The notes under the pieces were generated by a model. The model saw only the letters and a list, made by a program, of their open reading frames with translations, had not been told where the DNA came from and searched no databases. A program made the translations under genes and the position numbers. Shown here one piece after another: positions 1-10,510 of a stretch of DNA of 64,000 nt. The stretch is taken from assembly GCA_022482925.1 (NCBI GenBank), contig JAKVOG010000008.1, positions 73,245 to 137,244 of the forward strand, written 5' to 3'. The stretch is from Selenomonas sp. GTDB taxonomy: Bacteria > Bacillota > Negativicutes > Selenomonadales > Selenomonadaceae. How positions within the stretch are numbered: the first letter of the stretch is position 1; each line of letters starts with the position of its first letter.

Positions 1-513
1 CTGCAGAATGTGATGTTGGATGCCCGGATCGGTCACACAACAGATTTGCATACGAGCTTTACCCATGTAGGCGGTAAACTATGGCATTCGCAGGATCCGG
101 ACTATAACGTCAGTTATCTGACCGTGGGATTTGATACGAGATTCACACCGCGGCTCAGGCTGGCAACTGCGGTAACACAATCCAATGCAGTTGGCATTAC
201 TAATGTAAATGTGGCCGAACCAGTCCGAAGCACATTGCGGACAGCCTGGATGGCACGGCTGATGTATGGGCCGGGGGCAAACTATGACTGCCCGGGATCG
301 TTTGATTCCTACCTTGTGTATCGCCGGCAGCCGCGATTGGCAACATACAATGACACGGACGACTGGTTCTGCAACACAGAGGGTTGGCGTATCGGCGGTA
401 TCTATTCTTTGGGGCACCGTATGTGGCTTACCGGGTATTACTCACGGGGCCGGGATATCGATACGCATAAGAGTGTGATGAACAGTCGTATCCAGTTAGA
501 ATTTTTCTATTGA
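1..513 (+). CDS. C-terminal part of an outer-membrane beta-barrel (OmpM-like porin); 5' end lies outside the window
   Basis: Frame is open from base 1 (LQNVMLDARIGHTT...). It aligns by eye with the C-terminal part of 533..2173 (LQNIMLDTAVGHGT; TAWMARL; YRRQPRL; WxCNxEG) and ends in an aromatic barrel signature (QLEFFY). Confidence 0.8.
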   Translation: MQNVMLDARIGHTTDLHTSFTHVGGKLWHSQDPDYNVSYLTVGFDTRFTPRLRLATAVTQSNAVGITNVNVAEPVRSTLRTAWMARLMYGPGANYDCPGSFDSYLVYRRQPRLATYNDTDDWFCNTEGWRIGGIYSLGHRMWLTGYYSRGRDIDTHKSVMNSRIQLEFFY

Positions 514-532
514 GCAAAGGGGATAGCTTTCA

Positions 533-2173
533 ATGAAAAAGAAGATAAAGAATGCGGCAGCAGCCGCCGCTATGTTAATTGCGATTGGGAATTGTCAAAC
601 CGGTTTTACATCGGCGTTTAATCCGTTTGCAGATGTACCGGCAGGGAACTGGTCTTATGATGAAGTGGGCAGACTGGTACATGAAGGGTATGTCAGCGGT
701 GTAGATGACAATAGTTATAAACAGCAGGGCGTTTCTTCAAGGCAGCGTATGGCTGAGCTGGTCGCACGGGCAATGTCGAAGCGTACCAGCATGAATGCTG
801 CGGATTGTGCAGCGATGGATCGTCTGGTAAAGGAATATTCGGAACTCAGGCTGTTAGGTGTTGAAGATGCGCAGCTGGGCAATGTGGGGCGGTATGAGGC
901 TACGAAAGCTGCACCGACAGAAACATTGCCGGTTTCAGCTGAGGCTGACAAAGAAGAGCCGATTCCTTACAATATGCAGCCCCATAGCGGCGGTCATTGG
1001 TATGATAATTTTAGTGTAAGTGGAAAAGCCTTTGTAAGATTTGAGCGGGCCGATTCGAAGGGCATTACGTTCTTCAATGCGGCTTCGCATGGCAAGATCG
1101 ACTATCCAAGATATATGCAGGATACGTTCAAGCAGCAGCTGATCGATTTTGACATCTGGACGAAATACAAATTTAATGATACAGGCTGGTTCTTTGCGAC
1201 GGAGAGTGAGTTCAACGTCAATTATAATGACAGTGGGCGGTTCAATCAGATCGATAATAAACATTATTATTATGATCAGTGTCAGGACATCAATAAAACG
1301 ATGTTTGAAGCTGCCTATCTGGAAGGGCCGATTACCAAGGCACGCAATGTCACGCTGCGTACGGGAAGGTATGAACTCTACACGCCGCAGGGGCTGGTCT
1401 TTGACAGCCGCGTGACGGGTACCAGGGTGGCTTATCAGAATAAGGGCGTCGGTGTGACAGTGGATGTTGGCCGTGCTACGGAGAACCCGGATGAAGAGCA
1501 TGCCGGTGATGCGTTGTTCTATATCAACCCGACGGAAAGCTGCGATGCTCCGGGTAATTCCATACGGAAATGGAAATCACCGGAGCTGCAAAATATCATG
1601 CTTGATACAGCGGTAGGGCATGGAACCAACCTTCATACGAGTTTTACCCGGGTTGGTGGTAATATCTGGCATGGTCAGGATATGGACCCTTCCGAATTTG
1701 TCAGCATTGGCATTGACACAAAGTTGAATGACAGATTAAAGCTGTCGGCAGCTGTTGCACACTCCAATACCGGGGCCTTGACGGTATATCATATTGCTTC
1801 ATGGCCGTCGGACGGGACGGAACCAGGATCGGCTGCACACGGCGGACTTAGCTCTGCTCAATGGGCAGCTCAAAATACGGCAATCAGCAGCAGCCTGCAT
1901 ACAGCCTGGATGGCACGCCTGGTCTATGGACCGGGGACGGATGTGAAGAAGAAGGGCTCATTTGATCTGTTCGCACTTTATCGCCGTCAGCCACGGCTGG
2001 TCAGCTATGATGATACGGACGGCTGGTACTGCAATATGGAGGGCTTCCGTTTAGGCGGCAGTTATTCCTTTGGACATAATATCATGTTGAGTGGCTGGTA
2101 TACCTGGGCACGTGATATCGATACCAAGGTGAATCTGAATAGCAGCCGCGTAGAGCTGGCTTTCATGATGTGA
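533..2173 (+). CDS. SLH-domain outer-membrane porin (OmpM/Mep45-like)
   Basis: Signal peptide, SLH motif NPFADVPAGNWSYDEV...LVHEG, helical linker (MAELVARAM...DRLVKEYSEL) and an amphipathic beta-strand C-terminus. This is the typical Negativicutes architecture. Confidence 0.8.
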   Translation: MKKKIKNAAAAAAMLIAIGNCQTGFTSAFNPFADVPAGNWSYDEVGRLVHEGYVSGVDDNSYKQQGVSSRQRMAELVARAMSKRTSMNAADCAAMDRLVKEYSELRLLGVEDAQLGNVGRYEATKAAPTETLPVSAEADKEEPIPYNMQPHSGGHWYDNFSVSGKAFVRFERADSKGITFFNAASHGKIDYPRYMQDTFKQQLIDFDIWTKYKFNDTGWFFATESEFNVNYNDSGRFNQIDNKHYYYDQCQDINKTMFEAAYLEGPITKARNVTLRTGRYELYTPQGLVFDSRVTGTRVAYQNKGVGVTVDVGRATENPDEEHAGDALFYINPTESCDAPGNSIRKWKSPELQNIMLDTAVGHGTNLHTSFTRVGGNIWHGQDMDPSEFVSIGIDTKLNDRLKLSAAVAHSNTGALTVYHIASWPSDGTEPGSAAHGGLSSAQWAAQNTAISSSLHTAWMARLVYGPGTDVKKKGSFDLFALYRRQPRLVSYDDTDGWYCNMEGFRLGGSYSFGHNIMLSGWYTWARDIDTKVNLNSSRVELAFMM

Positions 2174-2428
2174 TCTCGTCCAATACGTTTAGTCGTATTG
2201 TTTATATATTTATTTTGTATTGATGGTTGATGGAACAGGGACCTTTCATCTGTCCAGGCAGTTGTTCCTTGTGATTGTTTTGACAGGTATTCTGACAGAG
2301 AGTGTTTTCGGGCCGCAGCTATTGATAAATATATGGTCCTGTCTTGTGGCAGGTCCGTGGTTTCCCCATTATGTATGAACTTCTTTCACTTCTTCATCGT
2401 GCATTCCCCAAATGCGGTGGAAAGTGAG

Positions 2429-2464
2429 CAAAACCCGGCTGTCCGTAAGGACAGCCGGGTTTTG
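2429..2464. terminator. Bidirectional intrinsic terminator
   Basis: Perfect inverted repeat caaaacccggctgtcc-gtaa-ggacagccgggttttg between convergent genes. Confidence 0.9.
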
Positions 2465-2478
2465 TCTATTTACATAGT

Positions 2479-3762
2479 TTACTGCAGGACAGCTGGCAGC
2501 CAGGTGGCCAGACCAGGAGCAAAGCACAGCAGGACGATTTCCAGCGCCATGATGATGGCAAAGGGAATCGATCCGGCGATGATCTGTTGGATTTTGCTGT
2601 CCGGGCTGATGCCTTTGATCACGAACAGGTTCATGCCGACTGGCGGTGTGATCAGAGCCAGCTCCATATTGATGAGCAGGACGACATTGAACCAGATCAG
2701 GTCGAATCCCAGGTGCTTCACGATAGGGAACAACATGGGCAGGGTAATCAGGATGATGGATACGGTTTCCAGCACGCAGCCCAGAGTCAGCAGTACCAGA
2801 TTAATGCCGATGAAGACGACCCAGCGGTTAACTGCTGTATCTGTCACTAAAGCCATAAGTGCCTGTGGAGCCTGCAGTACCGTCAGGATGAAACCGAACA
2901 GCATGGCACCAATCATGATAGCAAAGATCATAGAGGTCGTTTGGACGGTTTCTGTCAGGATGTCTGGCAGATCACGCAACTGGATTGAGCGATAGATGAA
3001 AAATGTGATGAATAAGCTGTAGACCGTGCCGACGGCAGCGGCTTCTGTCGGCGTGAATAAGCCGGTGTATATGCCACCTACAACGAGGATTGGCAGCAGC
3101 AGCCCCCAGAAACTGGATCGCAGGATCTGGAACCGCTCGGCCCAGGATGAGGCCGACTGACGTTTCATGTGACGGCAACGGAAGACAAGATAGAGGATAA
3201 AGAATAATGTCATGAGTACACCCGGTATGATGCCGGAAAGGAATAGCTTACCAACCGATTCGCCGGTGATGGACCCAAACAGGATCATCGGGATACTGGG
3301 CGGAATCAGGATTCCCAGCGTGCCGCCGGCAGCTACAGCACCAAGGACGGTTGTGCGCTCATAGCCGCGTTTGAGCATTTCCGGGATAGCCATGGCACCA
3401 ATCGTAACAGCAGTGGCGACACTGGATCCGGAGATGGCAGCAAAAATCGCACAGGCGAAAATCGTAGCAATGCCCAGACCGCCTGGCAGATGTCCCAGCC
3501 ATTTGCTGCCAAGCTCGAAAAGATCATTGCCGACCTTGCCTTTCAGCAGGATCTGACTCATGAGGATATAGAGCGGAACGGCTACTAATACGAAATCATC
3601 CAGTGTCTTATAGGCAATGACCGGAATCTGGGTAAAGGCTGCCGGACCGCCGAGAAAGGCCAGCATGCCGAGTATGCCGGCCAGCATGAGCGCGAAAGCG
3701 GCTGGCATGCCGGAGAGCAGCAGACAGATAATGAATAATGTAAAAAGCAATAGCATGATCAA
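2479..3762 (-). CDS. dctM: TRAP transporter large permease
   Basis: Hydrophobic 427 aa; motifs FAAISGSSVATA, GTLGILIPPSIPMI, FTPTEAAA, ITPPVGMNLFV. Confidence 0.95.
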   Translation of the reverse strand: MIMLLLFTLFIICLLLSGMPAAFALMLAGILGMLAFLGGPAAFTQIPVIAYKTLDDFVLVAVPLYILMSQILLKGKVGNDLFELGSKWLGHLPGGLGIATIFACAIFAAISGSSVATAVTIGAMAIPEMLKRGYERTTVLGAVAAGGTLGILIPPSIPMILFGSITGESVGKLFLSGIIPGVLMTLFFILYLVFRCRHMKRQSASSWAERFQILRSSFWGLLLPILVVGGIYTGLFTPTEAAAVGTVYSLFITFFIYRSIQLRDLPDILTETVQTTSMIFAIMIGAMLFGFILTVLQAPQALMALVTDTAVNRWVVFIGINLVLLTLGCVLETVSIILITLPMLFPIVKHLGFDLIWFNVVLLINMELALITPPVGMNLFVIKGISPDSKIQQIIAGSIPFAIIMALEIVLLCFAPGLATWLPAVLQ

Positions 3763-4286
3763 GACTCCTTCTTAGATGCTGTGGGAGAAGCTGGCAATTG
3801 CAGCAGGTCATAGAGGAATCGCCGCAGCAGTTCAATCAGCAGCAAGGCCGATCCCAGGACTAGTGCCAATTGAGGAATAAACAGTGGGAAGCGAAGAATA
3901 GAAGGCGACAGCTTGCCATAGGTATAGGAAGAAATGACCAGATCCATGCTTTCGGTCATGAAAATCAGGAAAAGGAGAATGGACAGGAAGTTTGTGACCA
4001 GATTGACCAGTCGCTGATGGGCTGGGGTAAGCTTACCGGTCAGAAAGTCGACACGGACATGAGCATCATGCCGGAAGGTGATCGCCAGACCCAGAAAACC
4101 GGCCATAATAATGAAATAGGTTGAGACCTCGAGCACCCATTCGGTTGGTGCATGGAAAATACCACGCATGATGATTTCATAGACGATAATGAATGCGGTA
4201 GCCAGAATGAATAATCCGGCTAATACAGCAGCCGCTTCGCTGAGCAGCTTGCTGATACGATCAAGATAAAAGAGAATATGCTTCAT
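3759..4286 (-). CDS. dctQ: TRAP transporter small permease
   Basis: Four TM segments, HVRVD motif; overlaps dctM start by 4 nt. Confidence 0.93.
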   Translation of the reverse strand: MKHILFYLDRISKLLSEAAAVLAGLFILATAFIIVYEIIMRGIFHAPTEWVLEVSTYFIIMAGFLGLAITFRHDAHVRVDFLTGKLTPAHQRLVNLVTNFLSILLFLIFMTESMDLVISSYTYGKLSPSILRFPLFIPQLALVLGSALLLIELLRRFLYDLLQLPASPTASKKES

Positions 4287-4307
4287 GATAGGATAGTCCT
4301 TTCTGTA

Positions 4308-5363
4308 CTATTTATTGGCAGCCAGACATTGATCGACAAGTTGGCGGCCAAGGTCACCGGTCTTGCGGATGAAGTTTTCGCGGACAGACATTGTGGCATC
4401 CCGCCAGCGGGGAATATCTTCATTCGGAATCGTATAGACTTCCATACCGGCAGCCTTGAGTTCCTCCATCGCTTTGAGATCCTCTTCGCGGGTCTGCTGA
4501 CGGATTTCATCGCGGGTTTCTTCGGCAGCTTCTTCAACCAGCTGTTTTTGCTCGTCTGTCAGTTGTTCCCAGGAACTGTTGTTCATGGCCAGAACGAACT
4601 CGCAGAAGGCATGATTGGTCATGGTCAGGTACTTGGCAACCTCATAGATCTTGCGCTCGTACATGGCGGTAGTACCGGATGTCTGTCCATCAATTGTTCC
4701 GCGCTGGATGGCCATATATACTTCGCCGGAACTCATGGTGACCGGAGAGGCGCCAAGTGCCTTGATCGTTTCGGCTGGGATTTGGCCGTAGCCGCGCAGC
4801 TGCAGTCCCTGAAAATCTTCGGGTTCTTTGAGTGGGCGGCTGTTGTTGGCAAATTGTACATATCCATAATCCACCCAGATCAGTGGATGGACGCCTTTTC
4901 GTTCCATTTCCGTGGAGAGCGTACGTCCCAGACTGCCATCCATGGCGCGGGCTACGGAGTCGTAGTTGGTTAACAGGAAAGGGACATCAAGGACATTGAG
5001 GGCCGGGATTACTGTCGTCCACATGGCCGTCGAATTGAGCCCCATATCCAGTCCACCGGACATGATGGCATCATTCATACTCTTGTCTGTGTACAACTGT
5101 CCTGCCGGATATGTCTTGATGACGATGCTGCCGCCAGAACGCTCATTCACGCGCTGGGCAAATCGTTCCATACCCTGGGAGAGATAGTGGTTCGCTGGCA
5201 GATGATAGGCCAGCTTAAGCTCTACCGGCCCGCCTTTTGCCTGCTGATGTTCCCGTGCCAGCTTGCCCAGGCCACAGCCGCTGGCTATGGTCAGACAGCA
5301 GACAAGCATCAGGATGCTGAAAATCTTGAATAAATGATTGCATCGCATAAAAGTACCCTCCAT
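4308..5363 (-). CDS. dctP: TRAP substrate-binding protein, probable lipoprotein; substrate unknown
   Basis: Motifs YPAGQL, EDFQGLQLR, ALGASPVTM..GEVYMAIQRGTIDG; lipobox-like IASGC. Start may be 5348. Confidence 0.93.
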   Translation of the reverse strand: MEGTFMRCNHLFKIFSILMLVCCLTIASGCGLGKLAREHQQAKGGPVELKLAYHLPANHYLSQGMERFAQRVNERSGGSIVIKTYPAGQLYTDKSMNDAIMSGGLDMGLNSTAMWTTVIPALNVLDVPFLLTNYDSVARAMDGSLGRTLSTEMERKGVHPLIWVDYGYVQFANNSRPLKEPEDFQGLQLRGYGQIPAETIKALGASPVTMSSGEVYMAIQRGTIDGQTSGTTAMYERKIYEVAKYLTMTNHAFCEFVLAMNNSSWEQLTDEQKQLVEEAAEETRDEIRQQTREEDLKAMEELKAAGMEVYTIPNEDIPRWRDATMSVRENFIRKTGDLGRQLVDQCLAANK

Positions 5364-5575
5364 AAAAATAAATATACTATAAATTAAATATAAATATCAT
5401 AAAATAGTGTAAACATGTAACTTATAATTGGCATATAGTTTACATCAATCAGAGAGAAAATGCAAATAAGAGAGAAGAACGTCAATGTATGTCTTGCATT
5501 CATATAAGATAGCACGTATGATGTTGATAGGCTGAATGTGCCTGAGTCCATGAAATCTTGAGTGGAGATGAACGT

Positions 5576-6358
5576 ATGACAACAATTTATTATTTATCAG
5601 CGACCGGCAACTCATTATATATGGCACGCCGGATCCAGCGGCGTTTGGAAGAGGCTGGTCAGGAGGTTCAGTTGGTCTCTATAGCGGCGGCTTTGCATGA
5701 GCAGGACCTTCGCCCGGCTGGACAGGTCGGATTCGTGATGCCACTGCATTTCTTTGGGCTGCCGCTGCTGGCAGAAACGTTCTTTACCCGGCTGGATCTC
5801 AGCCAGGTGACATACAGTTTTCTGGTCATGACCTGTGGCTGGCATTATATGAGCGATGCATTTCATGCAGCCCGGCGGTTGTTTGCTGCGAAGGGGCAGC
5901 GCTTGTCAGCGGCGTTCTATGTCGATATGATCTCAGTATATCTTCCATTGGGCGATATACCGCCGGAAGCGAAAAAAAAGCACCGTTTGCAAAAAGCAGC
6001 GGTGCGGATTGAGAAGGTAGCTGACGCGATCGTGCACCAGCAAAGCAGCTACGATGCGGAGTATCTGAACTTCCTGTCCGGCCTGGTCCATGGCTATGTG
6101 CGGAAGCATCGGCAGGGGCTGGACCAGAATTTCCGCGCCGGAGAGGCGTGCAACCAGTGTGGCCTATGTGCGAAGATCTGCCCGGTAGAGAATATCAGCC
6201 TGGGAGAAGCCGGGCCGGTCTGGCAGCATCAGTGCACGCAATGCCTGGCCTGTCTTCATGCCTGCCCACAACAGGCGATTGAGCTGGGGAAAAAGACCGT
6301 AGGCCGTCAGCGCTATCACCATCCGGAAATCCAGATCAGAGAGCTGATAAGGAAGTAA
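5576..6358 (+). CDS. EFR1-family flavodoxin-ferredoxin fusion
   Basis: N-terminal YYLSATGNS flavodoxin loop; two CxxCxxCxxxCP motifs; C-terminal RYHHP. Confidence 0.9.
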   Translation: MTTIYYLSATGNSLYMARRIQRRLEEAGQEVQLVSIAAALHEQDLRPAGQVGFVMPLHFFGLPLLAETFFTRLDLSQVTYSFLVMTCGWHYMSDAFHAARRLFAAKGQRLSAAFYVDMISVYLPLGDIPPEAKKKHRLQKAAVRIEKVADAIVHQQSSYDAEYLNFLSGLVHGYVRKHRQGLDQNFRAGEACNQCGLCAKICPVENISLGEAGPVWQHQCTQCLACLHACPQQAIELGKKTVGRQRYHHPEIQIRELIRK

Positions 6359-6413
6359 CGGAAAACAAAGCAGAAAATGGCTCATGGATTATACGCTGAG
6401 GGGACTGAAAATC

Positions 6414-7308
6414 GTGGAAAATGCCTATGTGCTGCAGTTGCGGAAACCAAAATCACAAGAGTTATTTCCTTTGTTTTTGCGGGGTATCCGAATGTGCGCC
6501 CAATCACAGTTTCGGGCCGGTTGTGCGGCCAAATCATATCATCCATTATATCCTGCATGGCAAAGGCTTCTTTGAGGTAGCGGAAAAGCGCTATGAGTTA
6601 GGCGCAGGGCAGGGATTCCTTATTGAGCCGGAGGCAGTAACTTATTATCAGGCCGATTCAAGGGATCCATGGTCCTATCTTTGGATTGGCTTTGCTGGGG
6701 ACAGGGCTGCTGACTATATGCGGGATCTGGGACTGGGAGACGGGCAGCTTAGTTTTTCCTGTAAGCAGGGGGAAAAGCTGCAGGAGATAGTAGCTGCTAT
6801 GTTGGAGATTAACAAGTCGTCGCTGGCTGGTTCCTATAGGCTGCAAAGTCTGCTGTATCATTTTTTCGCTGTATTGGCAGAGGAAATCGGACAGACACCT
6901 GTGCCAGGCAAGGTGCAGGAAAACCTTTTATGTAGAGCAGGCCGTGCGTTTTATCCGCAACAACTATACCCGTAACATCCGCGTGAAGGATATAGCGGCG
7001 TATGTACGCGTGAACCGCAGCTATTTGTATAAGTTGTTTGAAGAAAATCTGCATGCTTCACCGCAGGCATTCCTTACAAGTTTCGTATTGCCAGGAGTCG
7101 TGAACTGCTCGAGCTTACCGAACTGTCTATTGAAGGTGTGGCACTTTCCTGTGGGTATCAGGACGCACTGGTCTTTTCCAAGGCGTTCAAAAAGCAGCTG
7201 GGCTTACCGCCAAGCGTCTATCGCAGGACAAAACGACAGGAACTGAAAAATCGACTGCTTCAGGATAAAGACAGCGCAAAAAGGATACTGCGCAGTGGAA
7301 AACGTTAG
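6414..7308 (+). CDS. AraC-family regulator (MsmR-like) with about 3 apparent frameshifts
   Basis: Cupin part (CAPNHSFGPVVRPNHIIHYILHGKG...DPWSYLWIGF) and HTH part (IRVKDIAAYVRVNRSYLYKLF; VALSCGYQDALVFSKAFKK) lie in different frames. Breaks near 6465, 6925 and 7082. GTG start follows GAGGGG. Confidence 0.85.
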
Positions 7309-7427
7309 GAAACATTTTGACTGATTTTGCAGACAAAAGTGTCTAACCTGTACGGCAGGCAGCATATATAATGAAAGGGAGGAACAGAAATCAACAAGCT
7401 ATAACTGAAGATGATGGAGGTTGTACA

Positions 7428-9674
7428 ATGAAGTCTGAGACGAAAATCATTTATCATGAAGAACAGAACGTTTTTCATCTGTATAATGAAGAGGTAAGCT
7501 ATATCATGATGGTCCTTCCGGATGGAGAGCTGGGTCAGCTTTATTTCGGGCAGCGAATTCATGATAAAGAAGATTTTTCGTATTTGCTTGAACTTGCACC
7601 ACGTCCCATGTCTTCCTGTGTTTTTCCAGAGGCCAAGACCTTTTCTCTGGAGCAGATCAAGCTGGAACTTCCAACCTATGGCAGTTCGGATTATCGCACG
7701 CCTGCCGTAGATATATTGCAGCCGGATGGCAGCCGTATCCTGGATCTTCAATATGAAGGGTATCGTATCGAGCGTGGGAAACCAAAGCTTGCGGGGCTGC
7801 CTGCGACCTATACAGAGAATCCGGATGAGGCCAAAACACTCATAATCGAGCTGCATGATCAGAAGGCCGGAGTGAAAGCTGAGATTTTCTACACGCTGTT
7901 TGCTGTGGGCGGGCTGCTGGCCAAAAGCGTACGTTATCGCAATGTTGGCCAGGATACCCTGCGTTTGCAACGTGCCATGAGTTTTTGTCTCGATCTGCCG
8001 GATGCAGACTATGACTGGCTGCAGCTTTCCGGAGCCTGGGCCAGAGAACGTCATGTGAAAAGCCGGCCTCTGGAAATGGGTATAATCAGTATCGGCAGCC
8101 GGCGTGGCCACTCTTCTCATGAACATAATCCGTTTGTTGTGCTGAAACGTCCTTCGGCGACAGAGCAGCAGGGGGAAGTCATGGGTCTGAGTCTGGTTTA
8201 CAGTGGAAATTTCCAGATACAGGCAGAGGTGGATGCGCATCATACCACGCGTATTCTGGCAGGAATTCACCCGGAGAATTTTTGCTGGGTGCTGGAGCCG
8301 GGGGACGATTTCCAGACGCCGGAAGCTGTAATGGCTTATTCGACCGGGGGACTCAATGGTATGAGTCAGTTGTTCCATGGCCTCTACCAGAAGCGATTGG
8401 CTCGTGGATACTGGCGTGATCGTGTGCGTCCAATCCTCATTAATAATTGGGAAGCCACGTATTTTGATTTCACGGAACAGAAACTGCTGCAGATTGCCGG
8501 AAAGGCGAAGGAATGCGGTGTAGAGCTTTTTGTGCTCGATGATGGCTGGTTTGGGGCGCGGTGTAGTGACCATGCGGGGCTGGGAGACTGGACTCCGAAC
8601 CAGCAGCGACTGCCGGAGGGGATTCATGGGCTGGCTGAGCGCATCGAGGCGCTTGGCATGAAATTTGGCCTCTGGTTTGAGCCGGAGATGGTCAATATGG
8701 ATTCGGATCTTTATCGTACACATCCGGATTGGATCCTTGCAACACCGGGACGACGCCAGTCACATGGACGTTTTCAGTATGTGCTGGATTTCTCCCGTCA
8801 GGAAGTCGTTGATAATATTTATACACAGATGGCAGCTATTCTGGGCGATGCGAAGGTGTCCTATGTGAAATGGGATATGAACCGCAGCATTACGGAATGC
8901 TACTCTGCTGTATTGCCGCCAGAGCGGCAGGGCGAGGTGTTTCATCGGTATATTCTCGGGGTATATGACCTGTATGAAAGGCTGACCACGAGGTTTCCGG
9001 AAATTCTGTTTGAATCCTGCTCGAGCGGTGGCGGCCGTTTCGATCCGGGAATGCTGTATTATGCACCACAGGCCTGGACCAGCGATGATTCCGATGCCAT
9101 TGAGCGTCTGAAAATCCAGTATGGTACCTCGCTTTGTTATCCGGTCAGCAGCATGGGGAGTCATGTTTCGGTCATTCCAAACCACCAGGTTAATCGGAAT
9201 ACGCCGCTGCACACGCGGGCCAATGTGGCTTATTTTGGAACCTTTGGCTATGAGCTGGATCTGAACAAGCTTTCTGCAGAGGAAATCGCTGAGGTGAAGC
9301 AGCAGATCCGCTTTATGAAGGAGCACCGTGCGCTTTTGCAATTTGGCACATTCTATCGTCTGTGCAGCCCCTTCGAAGGCAATGAAACGGCCTGGATGGT
9401 CGTAAGCCCGGATAAACAGCAGGCTATTGTCGGCTGGTATCGCACATTGAATCAGGTCAATGCTGATTTTACGCGGGTAAAGCTCTGTGGGCTGCAGCCG
9501 GATATCCTGTACAAAAATGACCACGGAGAAAGTGCCTATGGTGATGAGCTTATGAATCTTGGCCTCATCACGACCGATGTGACTGCAGGTGAGATTCCAT
9601 CAGACAAAAAGCCCTGCACAGATTTTGAATCCCGCATTTATGTACTGGAAGCAGTGGACTCTGCGCAGCAGTAA
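7428..9674 (+). CDS. Alpha-galactosidase, GH36
   Basis: Motifs NNWEATYFDF, FVLDDGWFG, FGLWFEPEMV, YVKWDMNR, ESCSSGGGRFD, WTSDDSDA; RBS GGAGG before ATG 7428. Confidence 0.97.
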   Translation: MKSETKIIYHEEQNVFHLYNEEVSYIMMVLPDGELGQLYFGQRIHDKEDFSYLLELAPRPMSSCVFPEAKTFSLEQIKLELPTYGSSDYRTPAVDILQPDGSRILDLQYEGYRIERGKPKLAGLPATYTENPDEAKTLIIELHDQKAGVKAEIFYTLFAVGGLLAKSVRYRNVGQDTLRLQRAMSFCLDLPDADYDWLQLSGAWARERHVKSRPLEMGIISIGSRRGHSSHEHNPFVVLKRPSATEQQGEVMGLSLVYSGNFQIQAEVDAHHTTRILAGIHPENFCWVLEPGDDFQTPEAVMAYSTGGLNGMSQLFHGLYQKRLARGYWRDRVRPILINNWEATYFDFTEQKLLQIAGKAKECGVELFVLDDGWFGARCSDHAGLGDWTPNQQRLPEGIHGLAERIEALGMKFGLWFEPEMVNMDSDLYRTHPDWILATPGRRQSHGRFQYVLDFSRQEVVDNIYTQMAAILGDAKVSYVKWDMNRSITECYSAVLPPERQGEVFHRYILGVYDLYERLTTRFPEILFESCSSGGGRFDPGMLYYAPQAWTSDDSDAIERLKIQYGTSLCYPVSSMGSHVSVIPNHQVNRNTPLHTRANVAYFGTFGYELDLNKLSAEEIAEVKQQIRFMKEHRALLQFGTFYRLCSPFEGNETAWMVVSPDKQQAIVGWYRTLNQVNADFTRVKLCGLQPDILYKNDHGESAYGDELMNLGLITTDVTAGEIPSDKKPCTDFESRIYVLEAVDSAQQ

Positions 9675-9705
9675 GGCGGTGTAACCAATTGGAGGATGAA
9701 AGTTT

Positions 9706-10437
9706 ATGCAGGAAAAAGACAGAACAGCGAAACAGGGGAAAATAAAGGGCTGGTGGCAGCAAATAATGGGACTGCCCTGTATTGGCCGCAGGCTGGCCGG
9801 TATTGTACTGGGGAATCTTCTCATGGGATTTGCGGTTACTCTGCTGCGCATGAGCCATTTCGGTAATGATCCTTTTTCCTGCATGAACCTTGGCTATAGT
9901 ATATTCAGTAATCTCAGCTTTGGCCTTTGTGTGGTTTTATGCAACTGTGTACTTATTCTGTGGGTGATCCTGAAGGATCGCAGCTATATACATATTGGGA
10001 CATTGGTCAACATGTTTCTGCTGGGGGTAATCAGTGATATGTTTTATCTGCTGCTCACGTCATCCTGGGGCAGTCCGGATACCTATGATCTTTCTTTCCG
10101 GTGCATTCTGCTGGCGGCGGGAATCTTGATTTCCTGCTATGGTTGTTCCGCTTATGTTTGTGCCAACCTGGGAATGGGTCCTTATGATGCGATCGGCTGG
10201 ATTGTCGATCGGAGCACGAAGCAGCGTATTACCTTTCGGTACTTCCGCATCGGAATGGATACAATCGCAGCATCTATTGGTTTTATGCTGGGAAGCATTG
10301 TAGGACCGGGAACCATTATCATGGCACTTTTCACAGGGCCGCTGATTTCGTTCTTCAATGAAAAAATCAACATGCGTCTGATCTACGGCCCGAAAGAATC
10401 AAAAAAAGGGCAGTATGCAGTGGATATCTCATCGTAA
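9706..10437 (+). CDS. YczE/YyaS/YitT-like membrane protein
   Basis: Multi-TM; repeated FGNDPF / LGMGPYD and IGTL / VGPGTI motifs. Confidence 0.8.
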   Translation: MQEKDRTAKQGKIKGWWQQIMGLPCIGRRLAGIVLGNLLMGFAVTLLRMSHFGNDPFSCMNLGYSIFSNLSFGLCVVLCNCVLILWVILKDRSYIHIGTLVNMFLLGVISDMFYLLLTSSWGSPDTYDLSFRCILLAAGILISCYGCSAYVCANLGMGPYDAIGWIVDRSTKQRITFRYFRIGMDTIAASIGFMLGSIVGPGTIIMALFTGPLISFFNEKINMRLIYGPKESKKGQYAVDISS

Positions 10438-10450
10438 TCATGGTATGCCA

Positions 10451-10483
10451 AAACGCCTTATCATCGCTGGTGATAAGGCGTTT
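10451..10483. terminator. Bidirectional intrinsic terminator
   Basis: aaacgccttatca-N7-tgataaggcgttt between convergent genes. Confidence 0.85.
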
Positions 10484-10510
10484 CAAGGCTATGAAGGGAA
10501 GCGGACTGGT

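Noticed and set aside
7305-8723. 472-aa minus-strand ORF, and similar long antisense ORFs at 18548-19825, 23340-24050, 27940-28983, 41958-43247 and 43489-44991
   Set aside because: These are shadows of well-supported genes on the opposite strand, with no recognisable motifs. They are expected from codon bias.
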